Position numbers and translations under genes: made by a program
In this document: in pieces, positions 20,905 through 29,218 of the stretch
Layout of the letters: each line of letters begins with the position of its first letter
Numbering within the stretch: position 1 is the first letter of the stretch
NCBI GenBank assembly: GCA_028275025.1
Contig: JAQCNM010000031.1
Span: 2,078-66,077 of the forward strand
Direction of reading: 5' to 3'
Length of the DNA: 64,000 bases
Origin: Halovenus sp.
GTDB taxonomy: Archaea > Halobacteriota > Halobacteria > Halobacteriales > Haloarculaceae
The notes under the pieces: model-generated
The model's input: only the letters and a program-made list of their open reading frames with translations
Told to the model about the DNA's origin: nothing
Database searches by the model: none

Positions 20905-23157
20905 GTGTCCGGAGCGGCGTACCTGCGATACTTTCCCTACGACGAACCGTACAGCCACCAGCAGGAGGCGATGCGCCGCATCGAGACGGCGCTCACCGAC
21001 GGGGCGGACATCCTCTTCGAGGGAGCGACCGGGACCGGAAAGACGCTGGCGGCCCTGGCCCCGGCACTGGAGCACGCCCGTGACACGGACAAGACTGTCG
21101 TCATCACGACGAACGTCCACCAGCAGATGCGTCAGTTCCGCCGCGAGGCGAGTGCTATCGCCGACAGTGAGGAGCTACGGGCGGTCGTCTTTCGGGGGAA
21201 GTCCTCGATGTGTCACATCGACGTCGGTTACGAGGAGTGTCAGGCTCTCCGCGAGACGACGCGTGAACTGGTCGACACCGAGCAGGAACTGGCCGAACTC
21301 GAGAGCGAGCAGGCGGCACTGCTCGACGGGACTGAGGCTGGCGATACCGCGACAGCAGACGCCCGTGCGACCGTGATGGACGGTATCGAAGAGCTGACCG
21401 AGCAGGTCACCGACCTGGAGGAGCAGTCGACCTGCGGGTACTATTACCGCAACCTGACCGCCGACACGTCGGGGTTCTTTCAGTGGCTCTACGCCGACGT
21501 TCGCACCCCGGAGGAGATATACGAGTACGCCGGCGAGCGCGGGTTCTGTGGGTACGAGCTGCTGAAGGAGGGCGTCGAGGGGGTCGACCTGGTGGTGTGT
21601 AACTACCACCACCTGCTAGACCCGGTCATCCGCGAGCAGTTCTTTCGTTGGCTCGGCCGGGACCCCGAGGACGTGATTGCGGTGTTCGACGAGGCACACA
21701 ACATCGAGTCGGCGGCCCGGGACCACGCCCGGCGGACACTGGCAGAGCCGACCTTCGCCCGTGCGCTCGACGAACTCGACGGCGTCGACGACGCCCGGGC
21801 GGAGAGTGCGTTCAACGTTCTCGAAACGTTCCACGGGGCGCTCCAGCAGGCCTACGAGACGACCCTCGGTCCCGGAGAGCGCGCGACCGTCGACGAGAAC
21901 TGGACGGATCTCGGTATCGACAACAACGACCGCCGGGACGCGCTGACGCTCGCCTTTCTGCGGGCCTACACCGGGCCTGGGTACGAGACAGAACTGGAGC
22001 AGGCTGTCGAACTGGGCCGGGAGCTCGACAGCCGGTACGAGCGGGCGTACAAGCGCGGCGAGACGAGCACCCGCCGGGAGTGCCCGACGCTGAGTGCCGC
22101 CGAGTTTGTCGCCGACTGGCTGACCGAGAGCGCCGACGGGGGTACCTACCCGGTGGTGAGTGTCCGCCGCGAACAGCGCGGCGACACCGACGACGGCAGA
22201 GCCGATGGTAAACTCGTCGCCGACGGGGCCCACACCGCCGACCGACACCCCGATACCGGTGACGTGTACGGACGGGCGGAGCTGTACACCTGTATCCCCT
22301 CCCGGGTGACGGCGTCACTGTTCGACGAACTCCACGCGAGCGTGCTGATGAGTGCGACCCTACGGCCGTTCGCTGTTACCGAGGACGTGCTCGGTCTCGA
22401 CGACCCCGAGACGATGACGTACGGACCCCAGTTTCCGAAAGACCGCCGACGAACGTACGCCGTCGACGGGCCGGCACTTTTTGCCAGCAAACGTGACGAC
22501 CGCCAGGTCCAACAGAGTATCACGCAGACACTCGAAGACGTGGTCCGGTCCACCCCGGGGAACACGCTCGCCTTCTTTCCGAGCTACAGTGAGGCGGCAC
22601 GGTACCACGAGCGGGTCACTGCCGGTACGCGGTACCTCGACGAGGCGGGTACGTCCGCCCGGGAACTGCGCGAGTCGTTCACCGACGACGAAAACGGTGT
22701 GCTGTTCACCTCGCTGTGGGGAACCCTCGGTGAGGGTGTCAGCTACGACGGTGACGACGCCCGGACGGTCGTGGTCGTCGGTGTGCCCTACCCGCACCTC
22801 GACGACCGGACGAACGCCGTCCAGGACGCCTACGAGGCCGCGTTCGGCGACGGCGAGACCAGCCAAGAGGACGCGGGCTGGCGGTACGCGGTCGAGATCC
22901 CGACAGTGCGCAAGACCCGGCAGGCGCTCGGTCGGGTCGTCCGTTCGCCCGAGGACTTTGGCGCACGCATCCTGTTGGACGCCCGCTACACGGAGCGGGC
23001 GACCATCGAGATGCCCGAGTACGCCGTTCGCGGTGCCTTTCCGGCGGAGGAACGCGCCGAGATGGTCGATATCGACCCGGAGAAGCTCCGCTACGGCCTG
23101 TTGAACTTCTACCGCGAGTTGGACGCGTACGACGGAGACCCCCCACAGTTGGTCTGA
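20905..23157 (+). CDS. Rad3/XPD/DinG family Fe-S DNA helicase
   Basis: Q-motif FPYDEPYSHQ, GATGTGKT, four Cys of the Fe-S domain, DEAHNI, MSATL, QALGRVVRS. Confidence 0.92.
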   Translation: MSGAAYLRYFPYDEPYSHQQEAMRRIETALTDGADILFEGATGTGKTLAALAPALEHARDTDKTVVITTNVHQQMRQFRREASAIADSEELRAVVFRGKSSMCHIDVGYEECQALRETTRELVDTEQELAELESEQAALLDGTEAGDTATADARATVMDGIEELTEQVTDLEEQSTCGYYYRNLTADTSGFFQWLYADVRTPEEIYEYAGERGFCGYELLKEGVEGVDLVVCNYHHLLDPVIREQFFRWLGRDPEDVIAVFDEAHNIESAARDHARRTLAEPTFARALDELDGVDDARAESAFNVLETFHGALQQAYETTLGPGERATVDENWTDLGIDNNDRRDALTLAFLRAYTGPGYETELEQAVELGRELDSRYERAYKRGETSTRRECPTLSAAEFVADWLTESADGGTYPVVSVRREQRGDTDDGRADGKLVADGAHTADRHPDTGDVYGRAELYTCIPSRVTASLFDELHASVLMSATLRPFAVTEDVLGLDDPETMTYGPQFPKDRRRTYAVDGPALFASKRDDRQVQQSITQTLEDVVRSTPGNTLAFFPSYSEAARYHERVTAGTRYLDEAGTSARELRESFTDDENGVLFTSLWGTLGEGVSYDGDDARTVVVVGVPYPHLDDRTNAVQDAYEAAFGDGETSQEDAGWRYAVEIPTVRKTRQALGRVVRSPEDFGARILLDARYTERATIEMPEYAVRGAFPAEERAEMVDIDPEKLRYGLLNFYRELDAYDGDPPQLV

Positions 23158-23237
23158 GTGTCCGGGACCGGTGACCTCGGGAGCCGCCAGCCCCACAGCG
23201 GTATTCTCGGGGAGACTCCGCGAGCCGTGTGAGGCTG

Positions 23238-23852
23238 TCACTCCAGGTAGTCTGGCTCGTTGCCGTCGCGCCACTTTATCGAGCAGCCACGCGAGGGACG
23301 AAACGCCTCGGGGACCAACTCACCGGCGAGCATACTCTCGATGTGGCTCGCCATCTCGCGACTCTCCGGTGTCTCCCCGGGGCTGAGCGCGTCGTCGAGT
23401 CGGCCGTGGTAGACGAGGTGAAACCCCTCGTCTGCTGTCTGGAGGGAGGGCTCCGCCCGTGCGGTGTTCTCGAACAGGAACGGGTCCGGTGTGCAGGTCG
23501 CCCCGTAGGCCGCGGCGACCGTCTGTGCCTCGTCGTGCAGGTACGCGTCGTACGCGATGGTCCCGTCGGCGACGCGCTCTTGCATCGTCTCGAAGTCGTC
23601 CTCGGGGTACGCCCCCGGGTCGTTCGGGTTGACCCCCACCACCGCCACCTCGTCGAACTCGGCGGCGAGACGGTTCAACTCCTCGAACTTCGCCTTTGCG
23701 TAGGGGCAGTGATTGCAGGTGAACACGACGAGCAGTCCGTCGTAGTCCGCAAAGTCGGAGCGCGTGTAGGTCCTGCCGTCAGTCCCCTGGAGTTCGAACG
23801 GCGGTGCCCTGTCGCCCCGGTCGAGCTGTTCCGTGGATTCGAGTGCGACCAT
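23238..23852 (-). CDS. Thioredoxin-fold AhpC/TSA (PRX-like1) protein
   Basis: Motifs FTCNHCPY, YGATCTPDPF, YHGRLDD, GCSIKW. Confidence 0.9.
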   Translation of the reverse strand: MVALESTEQLDRGDRAPPFELQGTDGRTYTRSDFADYDGLLVVFTCNHCPYAKAKFEELNRLAAEFDEVAVVGVNPNDPGAYPEDDFETMQERVADGTIAYDAYLHDEAQTVAAAYGATCTPDPFLFENTARAEPSLQTADEGFHLVYHGRLDDALSPGETPESREMASHIESMLAGELVPEAFRPSRGCSIKWRDGNEPDYLE

Positions 23853-24333
23853 ACACCGTGTCGTATCCTGTAAGACTTACCGGTTCCGCTCGTGACCTGA
23901 CACCCCCACGGCCGTCTCACGTTCTGATGATATGTCCGTACTCCAGGAGAAAGACAACTCGTGTGTGGACCGAACCGGTGTCCGCGGCCGTCTTTTGGGG
24001 GACCGCAGCCGCGAACTGACCCCCGCGGGACGGTATGAGCCTGCCCCGACGGGTGCCCGTGCCTCTGACAGCGTCCCGTCCGTCCGGGACGAACGGCCGA
24101 TGTCGACCGTCATGCTATGCGAGGGTTTCTGTACATAAAGAAATGATATCTAATATGCAATAGCTCGTAACACGTACGGGGGTATACATCTAGAGAAGCG
24201 ACACCAGAGCCGGACCGACCCCGCCGGCCCGCGGCTGTCCGGGGTCAAAACACTCCCGACGGGGACAGCCTCCTCGGGTGACGGCGACGGGGCTGTCCTG
24301 CCCGGACCGTGTCGGTTGCGGGTGCCACCACGC

Positions 24334-25182
24334 TCAGGTCGTGCCGGCCGCGAGGGTGGCCTCCGTGTCTATCCCGTAGACGCGGGCAGGTGTCTCGACG
24401 TGGGCGGTCCGCATGGCCCCGTCGTACCCCTCCTCGCGGAGCCACCGCACCCGGCTCGGAACTGTCTTCGGTCCGAGGACCGCTCCCGGCCGGTCGGGGT
24501 CGTCGAGACAGTCGGTTTCCATCAGAAACGGGTCGTCGGCCTCGGCGGCCGCCCGGAGCCCGTCCCGGTTCGAGATGACACTCGGGGTCGGGCCGCTCAC
24601 CGGCCCGGGGGCGTAGTGTTTGACGACCCGCTCACGGGGGAGCCCGCGGGCCTCGGCCCAGTCTGCTAACCGGTCGAACTGCTCACCGCTCTCGGTGTGG
24701 AGCTGTACGGCACAGCCGAGTTCACCGCCCAGTTCGAACGCGTGACGCATGACGTCGTTGGAGGCCTCCCAGACGGCCTCGGACACCTCGTAGTGTGGTC
24801 GTCCGGACTTGAGTGCGAGCGCCGGCCCCTCGGCAACGAACTCCGCGGCGACGTCGAGCCCCGCCCGCATGAGTTCGCCGGCCTCGTCGGCGGTGTAGCC
24901 ATCGTCGACGAGCCGTGAGACGAGCCCGGGGTGGACACCCAGCACGGGCCAGGCTCGGCCGGGCAGGTGGTCGTTCGCCGCGGCTGTCACCTCGCAGGTG
25001 AGTTCGAAGGTCCGACGAAACGCGGCGGGGTCGCCGACGGCCTCTACCAGACTCCAAGATGGTTTGTTGAGCACGAGCAGGTGGGTCCCACCGGCGGCGG
25101 CGAACTCCTCCGCCACAGCCTCACCGCGCCCGTTGACCGGGTCCAGGTGGAGGTGGTTGTCGAGAATCGGTTGCTCGGTCAT
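24334..25182 (-). CDS. TatD-related metal-dependent hydrolase
   Basis: Motifs ILDNHLHLD, GVHPG, KSGRPHY, VQLHTE, FLMETD, GPKTVP. Confidence 0.88.
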   Translation of the reverse strand: MTEQPILDNHLHLDPVNGRGEAVAEEFAAAGGTHLLVLNKPSWSLVEAVGDPAAFRRTFELTCEVTAAANDHLPGRAWPVLGVHPGLVSRLVDDGYTADEAGELMRAGLDVAAEFVAEGPALALKSGRPHYEVSEAVWEASNDVMRHAFELGGELGCAVQLHTESGEQFDRLADWAEARGLPRERVVKHYAPGPVSGPTPSVISNRDGLRAAAEADDPFLMETDCLDDPDRPGAVLGPKTVPSRVRWLREEGYDGAMRTAHVETPARVYGIDTEATLAAGTT

Positions 25183-25227
25183 ACTCACTGTGGGTGCGGT
25201 GACGGCAAAAGCGGTTCGACGCCGCGG

Positions 25228-25743
25228 TCAGGGCTCTGTCTCCGACCTGTCGTCGACAGACTTCTCCAGTTCGACACGGTGTGGCTCGTAGCCGTGGCGA
25301 CGGTAGAACCGACGGGCGGCCTCGTTGGGGGCCATCACCTCCAGTGAGACCACGTCGACACCCCGCTCACGCAGGTGCCGCTCGGCCGCCTCCAGCAGGG
25401 CAGACCCAACACCGTCGTTGCGGTGTCCCTGACCGACGTAGAGGTTCTCGACCAGCCCACGGGTGGTGTCGACCTCGTACTGCCCCGACCGGACTCGGAA
25501 CATGACGAACCCGACTGGTGTCCCGGTCCCGCCGTTGTCTGTCGTGGCGATCAGGAGGCCCTCGCTCGCGGTGTAACGGGCGAGTAGTTCGCGGACGTGC
25601 GTCCGGTTCGGGTCGGCCCGGAGGTGTGAGCCGTACCCGCGCTGGTCCCGTGCCAGTGCCACCCACATATCGGCGAGACGGTCGACCAGCTCTGTGTCGG
25701 CGGGCGCGACGGTGACGGCTGTGTCACTCACAGGTCCCGACAC
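25228..25743 (-). CDS. GNAT family N-acetyltransferase
   Basis: Motifs VENLYVGQGHRNDGVGSALL and NEAARRFYRRHGY. Confidence 0.9.
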   Translation of the reverse strand: MSGPVSDTAVTVAPADTELVDRLADMWVALARDQRGYGSHLRADPNRTHVRELLARYTASEGLLIATTDNGGTGTPVGFVMFRVRSGQYEVDTTRGLVENLYVGQGHRNDGVGSALLEAAERHLRERGVDVVSLEVMAPNEAARRFYRRHGYEPHRVELEKSVDDRSETEP

Positions 25744-26054
25744 TCCGGACAGACGAGTTGACCGTCGGCGGGGTCCGGACCACCCGCGAGCGTCCCGCGC
25801 CCCTCACAGATACCCTGTGTCCCGGGCGTGGCAGCATCGGTACCACAGGCCGTGTCGACAGCCGGAGCCATCGCCGCGGCCGACCCACGGCGGGTGCCAT
25901 CGGCCGCCGACTCACCCGTGGGGTAGACCCGTGCGGTCAGCACCTCCCGCTCGGCCGCCAGCCTCGGTGGTTCACACTCGTTCGTGACGGCGAGCCGACC
26001 GACCCACCCCCCGTCTCTCACCTCCCTGGTCGTCACGTTCGCAGTTGTACTCAC
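25728..26054 (-). pseudogene. Internally deleted CBS-domain / C-terminal Zn-finger gene relic
   Basis: A CBS N-terminal fragment (NVTTREVRDGGWVG) is joined directly to a CBS C-terminal fragment (RLAVTNECEPPRLAAEREVLTA). The tail QGICEGRG...GQLVCPECRDL has lost one Zn-ligand Cys. Confidence 0.55.
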
Positions 26055-26099
26055 GTGTTATCGTTTGACAGGGGGGCAAAAAAACCTACCTGCACGGTT

Positions 26100-26409
26100 T
26101 CAGAAACTGAGGTGGGCAACGGTGTTTTCTCCGCGGCAGTGTTCGAGTGCGTGTTTCGCCTCCATCCCCGCGGCTGTCTCGGCCCGGCCGACACCAATCC
26201 GGAGTTCGACAGCCACTTTCCCGCCGACGTCGTCGAGGGCCGCCCGGGACGCCCCCGAGGCGACGATGTTGTTCCCGCCGAGAACAGAGGAGAGTGCGTC
26301 GTCCTCGAAGATATCCGCGACATCGACCACCCGCTCGTGGCCGATGCGGACCGCACAGTCGCCACACGTCCCGGTGTACTCCGCGGCCGGAAGCGGGACC
26401 TCCTCGGTC
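26100..26409 (-). pseudogene. gch3: GTP cyclohydrolase III C-terminal remnant
   Basis: LSSVLGGNNIVA...VELRIGVGRAETAAGMEAKHALEHCR aligns by eye with LAFFVGGDNIIA...VELKVGVGRARTAQTAGMTAKHALEDCR of the intact gene at 52480. The N-terminal half is missing. Confidence 0.8.
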
Positions 26410-26718
26410 TCACCCGTCGTCTGTTCTATCCCCGTCCGGGCGGTCGTCGGTGGTCGGTACGGGACCGGTGCCGACGACCCCTCGAACGGCGCTCTCGAAC
26501 TCCCGTCTGGTGGCGAAGTACGGCTCCTCGACCTCGTCGAGTACGGCACCGAGTCTCCGGGGGCCCTCGGGGGTCCTGATGCGGGTGTCGCCCTCGCGCT
26601 CGCGAACGACGCTCCGTTCGATACCCCACATGAGACGGGCGGAGACACGGGCGAGCGGTGCCCCCTCGACCGGTCGGCCCGTGCCGAGTTCGACGGTCGG
26701 CTCGTTTTCCTCGGCCAT
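26410..26718 (-). CDS. Conserved haloarchaeal small protein (DUF5789-like)
   Basis: Acidic 102-aa protein, VELG...GAPLARV...IRTPEGPRRL...YF, divergent from priS. Confidence 0.7.
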   Translation of the reverse strand: MAEENEPTVELGTGRPVEGAPLARVSARLMWGIERSVVREREGDTRIRTPEGPRRLGAVLDEVEEPYFATRREFESAVRGVVGTGPVPTTDDRPDGDRTDDG

Positions 26719-26812
26719 AGCAGATACTTTCGGCCCCGAGGATTAGCGGTTTCGGTCACACCGGGTGTCCGAATCAGAACCCCTATTGCTCGGGCTGAGA
26801 TAGTGGCGTCTC

Positions 26813-27988
26813 GTGAACGAACGGACACTCGCGTACCTGCGGGGTCGGTTCGGCGACCACTACCGCCGGGTCGACCTGGACGGGCCGCCCGATGCCGACG
26901 ACCGCGAGTGGGGGTACGTTCCGTGGACGGCCGGGCCGGGGGAGACATACGTTCGGCACAACGCCCTGCTCGATCTGGGGGACCTCTCGGCGTTTCTGGC
27001 CCGCGAGCGACCGCGACACGTCTACTTCTCTGCCGGCCGGTACGACGACCCGAGCGCCACAACGATGGCTGAAAAGGACTGGCAGTGTTCGGATCTGATC
27101 TTCGATCTCGACGCAGACCACCTCCCGTCGACGTCACCGGACGACAGTTACGCGACGATGCTCGCCGCCTGCAAGGACGCGCTCCGGCGACTGCTCGACT
27201 TTCTGGAGAACGACTTCGGGTTCGAGGAGCTGTCGCTCGTGTTCTCCGGGAGCCGCGGCTACCACGTCCACGTTCGTGACGACGGGGTTCAGCAGCTAGA
27301 CCGGGACGGCCGGCGTGAGATCGTAGACTACGTTCGCGGTATCGGCCTCGAGTTCGACGACCTGCTGCGCGAGGAGACTGTCGGCGGCGAGATGGGGCGA
27401 ACGAGCCCGGCGACCAACCGGTACCTCCCGACGGCGGGCGGTTGGGGGAGCCGCATCCACGACCGACTGTACGCGCTCATGGACCAGGTGCGCGAGATGG
27501 ACGAGGAGCCGGCACTCGCCCGTCTCCGAGCGTTCGACGACGTCGGCGAAAAAAAGGCAGAGACCGCCTACCGGTTTGCCAACAACCGGTTCGTGGAGAT
27601 AGAGCGTGGAAACCTCTCGGCGCACAACGTGTTCGAGAACCTCGCCAAACAGGTCACGCCCGCCGTCGTCGCCGACGCGAACGCCCCTATCGACGAACCG
27701 GTTTCGACGGACACCAACCGCCTCATACGTCTCCCGGGAAGTATCCACGGCGGCAGCGGGCTGGTCGTCCGGCCGATCCCACGGTCCGACCTCGACGGGT
27801 TCGACCCCCTGGTCGACGCCGTTCCGGAGACGTTCTGCCGGCACGATATTGTCGTCGAGGTGACTGACGGCGGCGAGCTCACACTCGGTGGCGATAGTTT
27901 TACACTCACGGAGCGAGAGCATTCTGTTCCGGAGTATCTCGGTGTGTTCCTCATGACACGGGGCCGTGCCGAGAAGGGCAGAGAGTAA
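26813..27988 (+). CDS. priS: DNA primase small subunit
   Basis: Motifs REWGY, DLIFDLDADH, FSGSRGYHVHV, IDEPVSTDTNRLIRLPGS. Confidence 0.95.
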   Translation: MNERTLAYLRGRFGDHYRRVDLDGPPDADDREWGYVPWTAGPGETYVRHNALLDLGDLSAFLARERPRHVYFSAGRYDDPSATTMAEKDWQCSDLIFDLDADHLPSTSPDDSYATMLAACKDALRRLLDFLENDFGFEELSLVFSGSRGYHVHVRDDGVQQLDRDGRREIVDYVRGIGLEFDDLLREETVGGEMGRTSPATNRYLPTAGGWGSRIHDRLYALMDQVREMDEEPALARLRAFDDVGEKKAETAYRFANNRFVEIERGNLSAHNVFENLAKQVTPAVVADANAPIDEPVSTDTNRLIRLPGSIHGGSGLVVRPIPRSDLDGFDPLVDAVPETFCRHDIVVEVTDGGELTLGGDSFTLTEREHSVPEYLGVFLMTRGRAEKGRE

Positions 27989-28008
27989 CAGCAGGCACGG
28001 GGATAACA

Positions 28009-29193
28009 GTGAATCTGGACGAACTCCAATCGGCGCGCGACCGCGAGCGACAGACCGACAAGCCACAGCAACTGCGCGAGTCGTTTTACGCGGACGTCGG
28101 GGAGTTCGTCGAGCAACTGCGCGCAGAACGGGACCGCGTGGCCGAGCGCAACGACGACCCGTACGCGCCGGAGGCAATGCGACTCAAAGACGAGCTCGAC
28201 GCCGCCCGCCAGCTCGTCGAGGACATCCACGAGCGCCGCATCGGCAAGGTTGTAAAAGCCGCCTCGCTCGAGGCCGCGGACCTCTCCACCGAGGTGGAGG
28301 GGCTGACAACCGAGGAACGGGAGCTGTTTGCGGCACTCGTCGGTGACATCGAGCGCCACCGCGAGCACGTGCTTGAGGTTGTCGACGGAGCGAGCCCGGA
28401 CCGTGGGGGTGTAGAACACGACGAGACGGTCGACCCGACCGGCGGTGTCTCCGCCGCCGACGTGATGGGTGACGGGGTCGACGCGGGTACGGGTAGCGGT
28501 TCGGAACCGACATCACAGACCGAACAGAACGATACCGGAGCACCGAGTGCCCTCGAGAACGGGTCGACACCCGACAGCCGGTCAGCCGATGCCGGCGAGG
28601 AAACTGTCCAACCTGACCGCTCCGACCGGGACGATGACAGCCCCGACAACGCGGGCGGAGCCGGCGACCCGCGAACCGGGTCGAGCGGCGACGGTGCGGT
28701 GTCCCCCGGAGACAGGCGAGCAGACGGTACACAGGCCGAGCCCGTTGACAAGACACGAACCGGGCCGGCGAGCGGGGAGAGTACCCCGCCGGCCGGTGGC
28801 GGGTCGCCGGGGCCGACAGACGGGACACCCCTCGAGGTCGGGTCGGAGCCGGCTCCCTCCAGAACACAGGCGGCCGGGGAGTCCACGGGCGCACCCGCTC
28901 GGTCGGACGGGGCCGGCGTGTCGTCCACCCGGTCGGACGGGGCCGGCGTGTCGTCCACCCGGTCGGACGGGGCCGGTGTGTCGTCCACCCGGAGTAACGG
29001 CACGGACGGGGTCGGGACCCGGCAGGGCTCCACCGGGCGGATCGAGCGCGAGCGGGTGTTAGTCACCGAGGACATCGACACCTTCGTCGGGTTCGACGAC
29101 CGCGACTACGACCTCGCGGCCGGCGACGTCGTGACCCTGCCCGAGACAAACGCCGAGCTTCTGGTCGAGCGCGACGCCGCACGACGGCTCTGA
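28009..29193 (+). CDS. ginS: GINS replication complex subunit with long low-complexity linker
   Basis: Motifs LRESFYADV, RRIGKVVKAA, LTTEERELF and C-terminal B domain FVGFDDRDYDLAAGDVVTLPETNAELLV. Directly downstream of priS. Confidence 0.88.
   Translation: MNLDELQSARDRERQTDKPQQLRESFYADVGEFVEQLRAERDRVAERNDDPYAPEAMRLKDELDAARQLVEDIHERRIGKVVKAASLEAADLSTEVEGLTTEERELFAALVGDIERHREHVLEVVDGASPDRGGVEHDETVDPTGGVSAADVMGDGVDAGTGSGSEPTSQTEQNDTGAPSALENGSTPDSRSADAGEETVQPDRSDRDDDSPDNAGGAGDPRTGSSGDGAVSPGDRRADGTQAEPVDKTRTGPASGESTPPAGGGSPGPTDGTPLEVGSEPAPSRTQAAGESTGAPARSDGAGVSSTRSDGAGVSSTRSDGAGVSSTRSNGTDGVGTRQGSTGRIERERVLVTEDIDTFVGFDDRDYDLAAGDVVTLPETNAELLVERDAARRL
28900..28992 (+). repeat. 30-bp tandem repeat, three copies, in ginS (RSDGAGVSST)
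   Basis: CGGTCGGACGGGGCCGGCGTGTCGTCCACC three times with one mismatch in the third copy. Confidence 0.92.
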
Positions 29194-29218
29194 CCACGGA
29201 GACGGCCGGGCCCTCCTC

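Noticed and set aside
23920-23975. TGATGA...CCGA as a C/D box sRNA
   Set aside because: Boxes are imperfect, there is no clear D'/C' pair and no recognisable guide target.
28900-28992. 30-bp repeats as a CRISPR array
   Set aside because: They are head-to-tail with no spacers and in frame within ginS.
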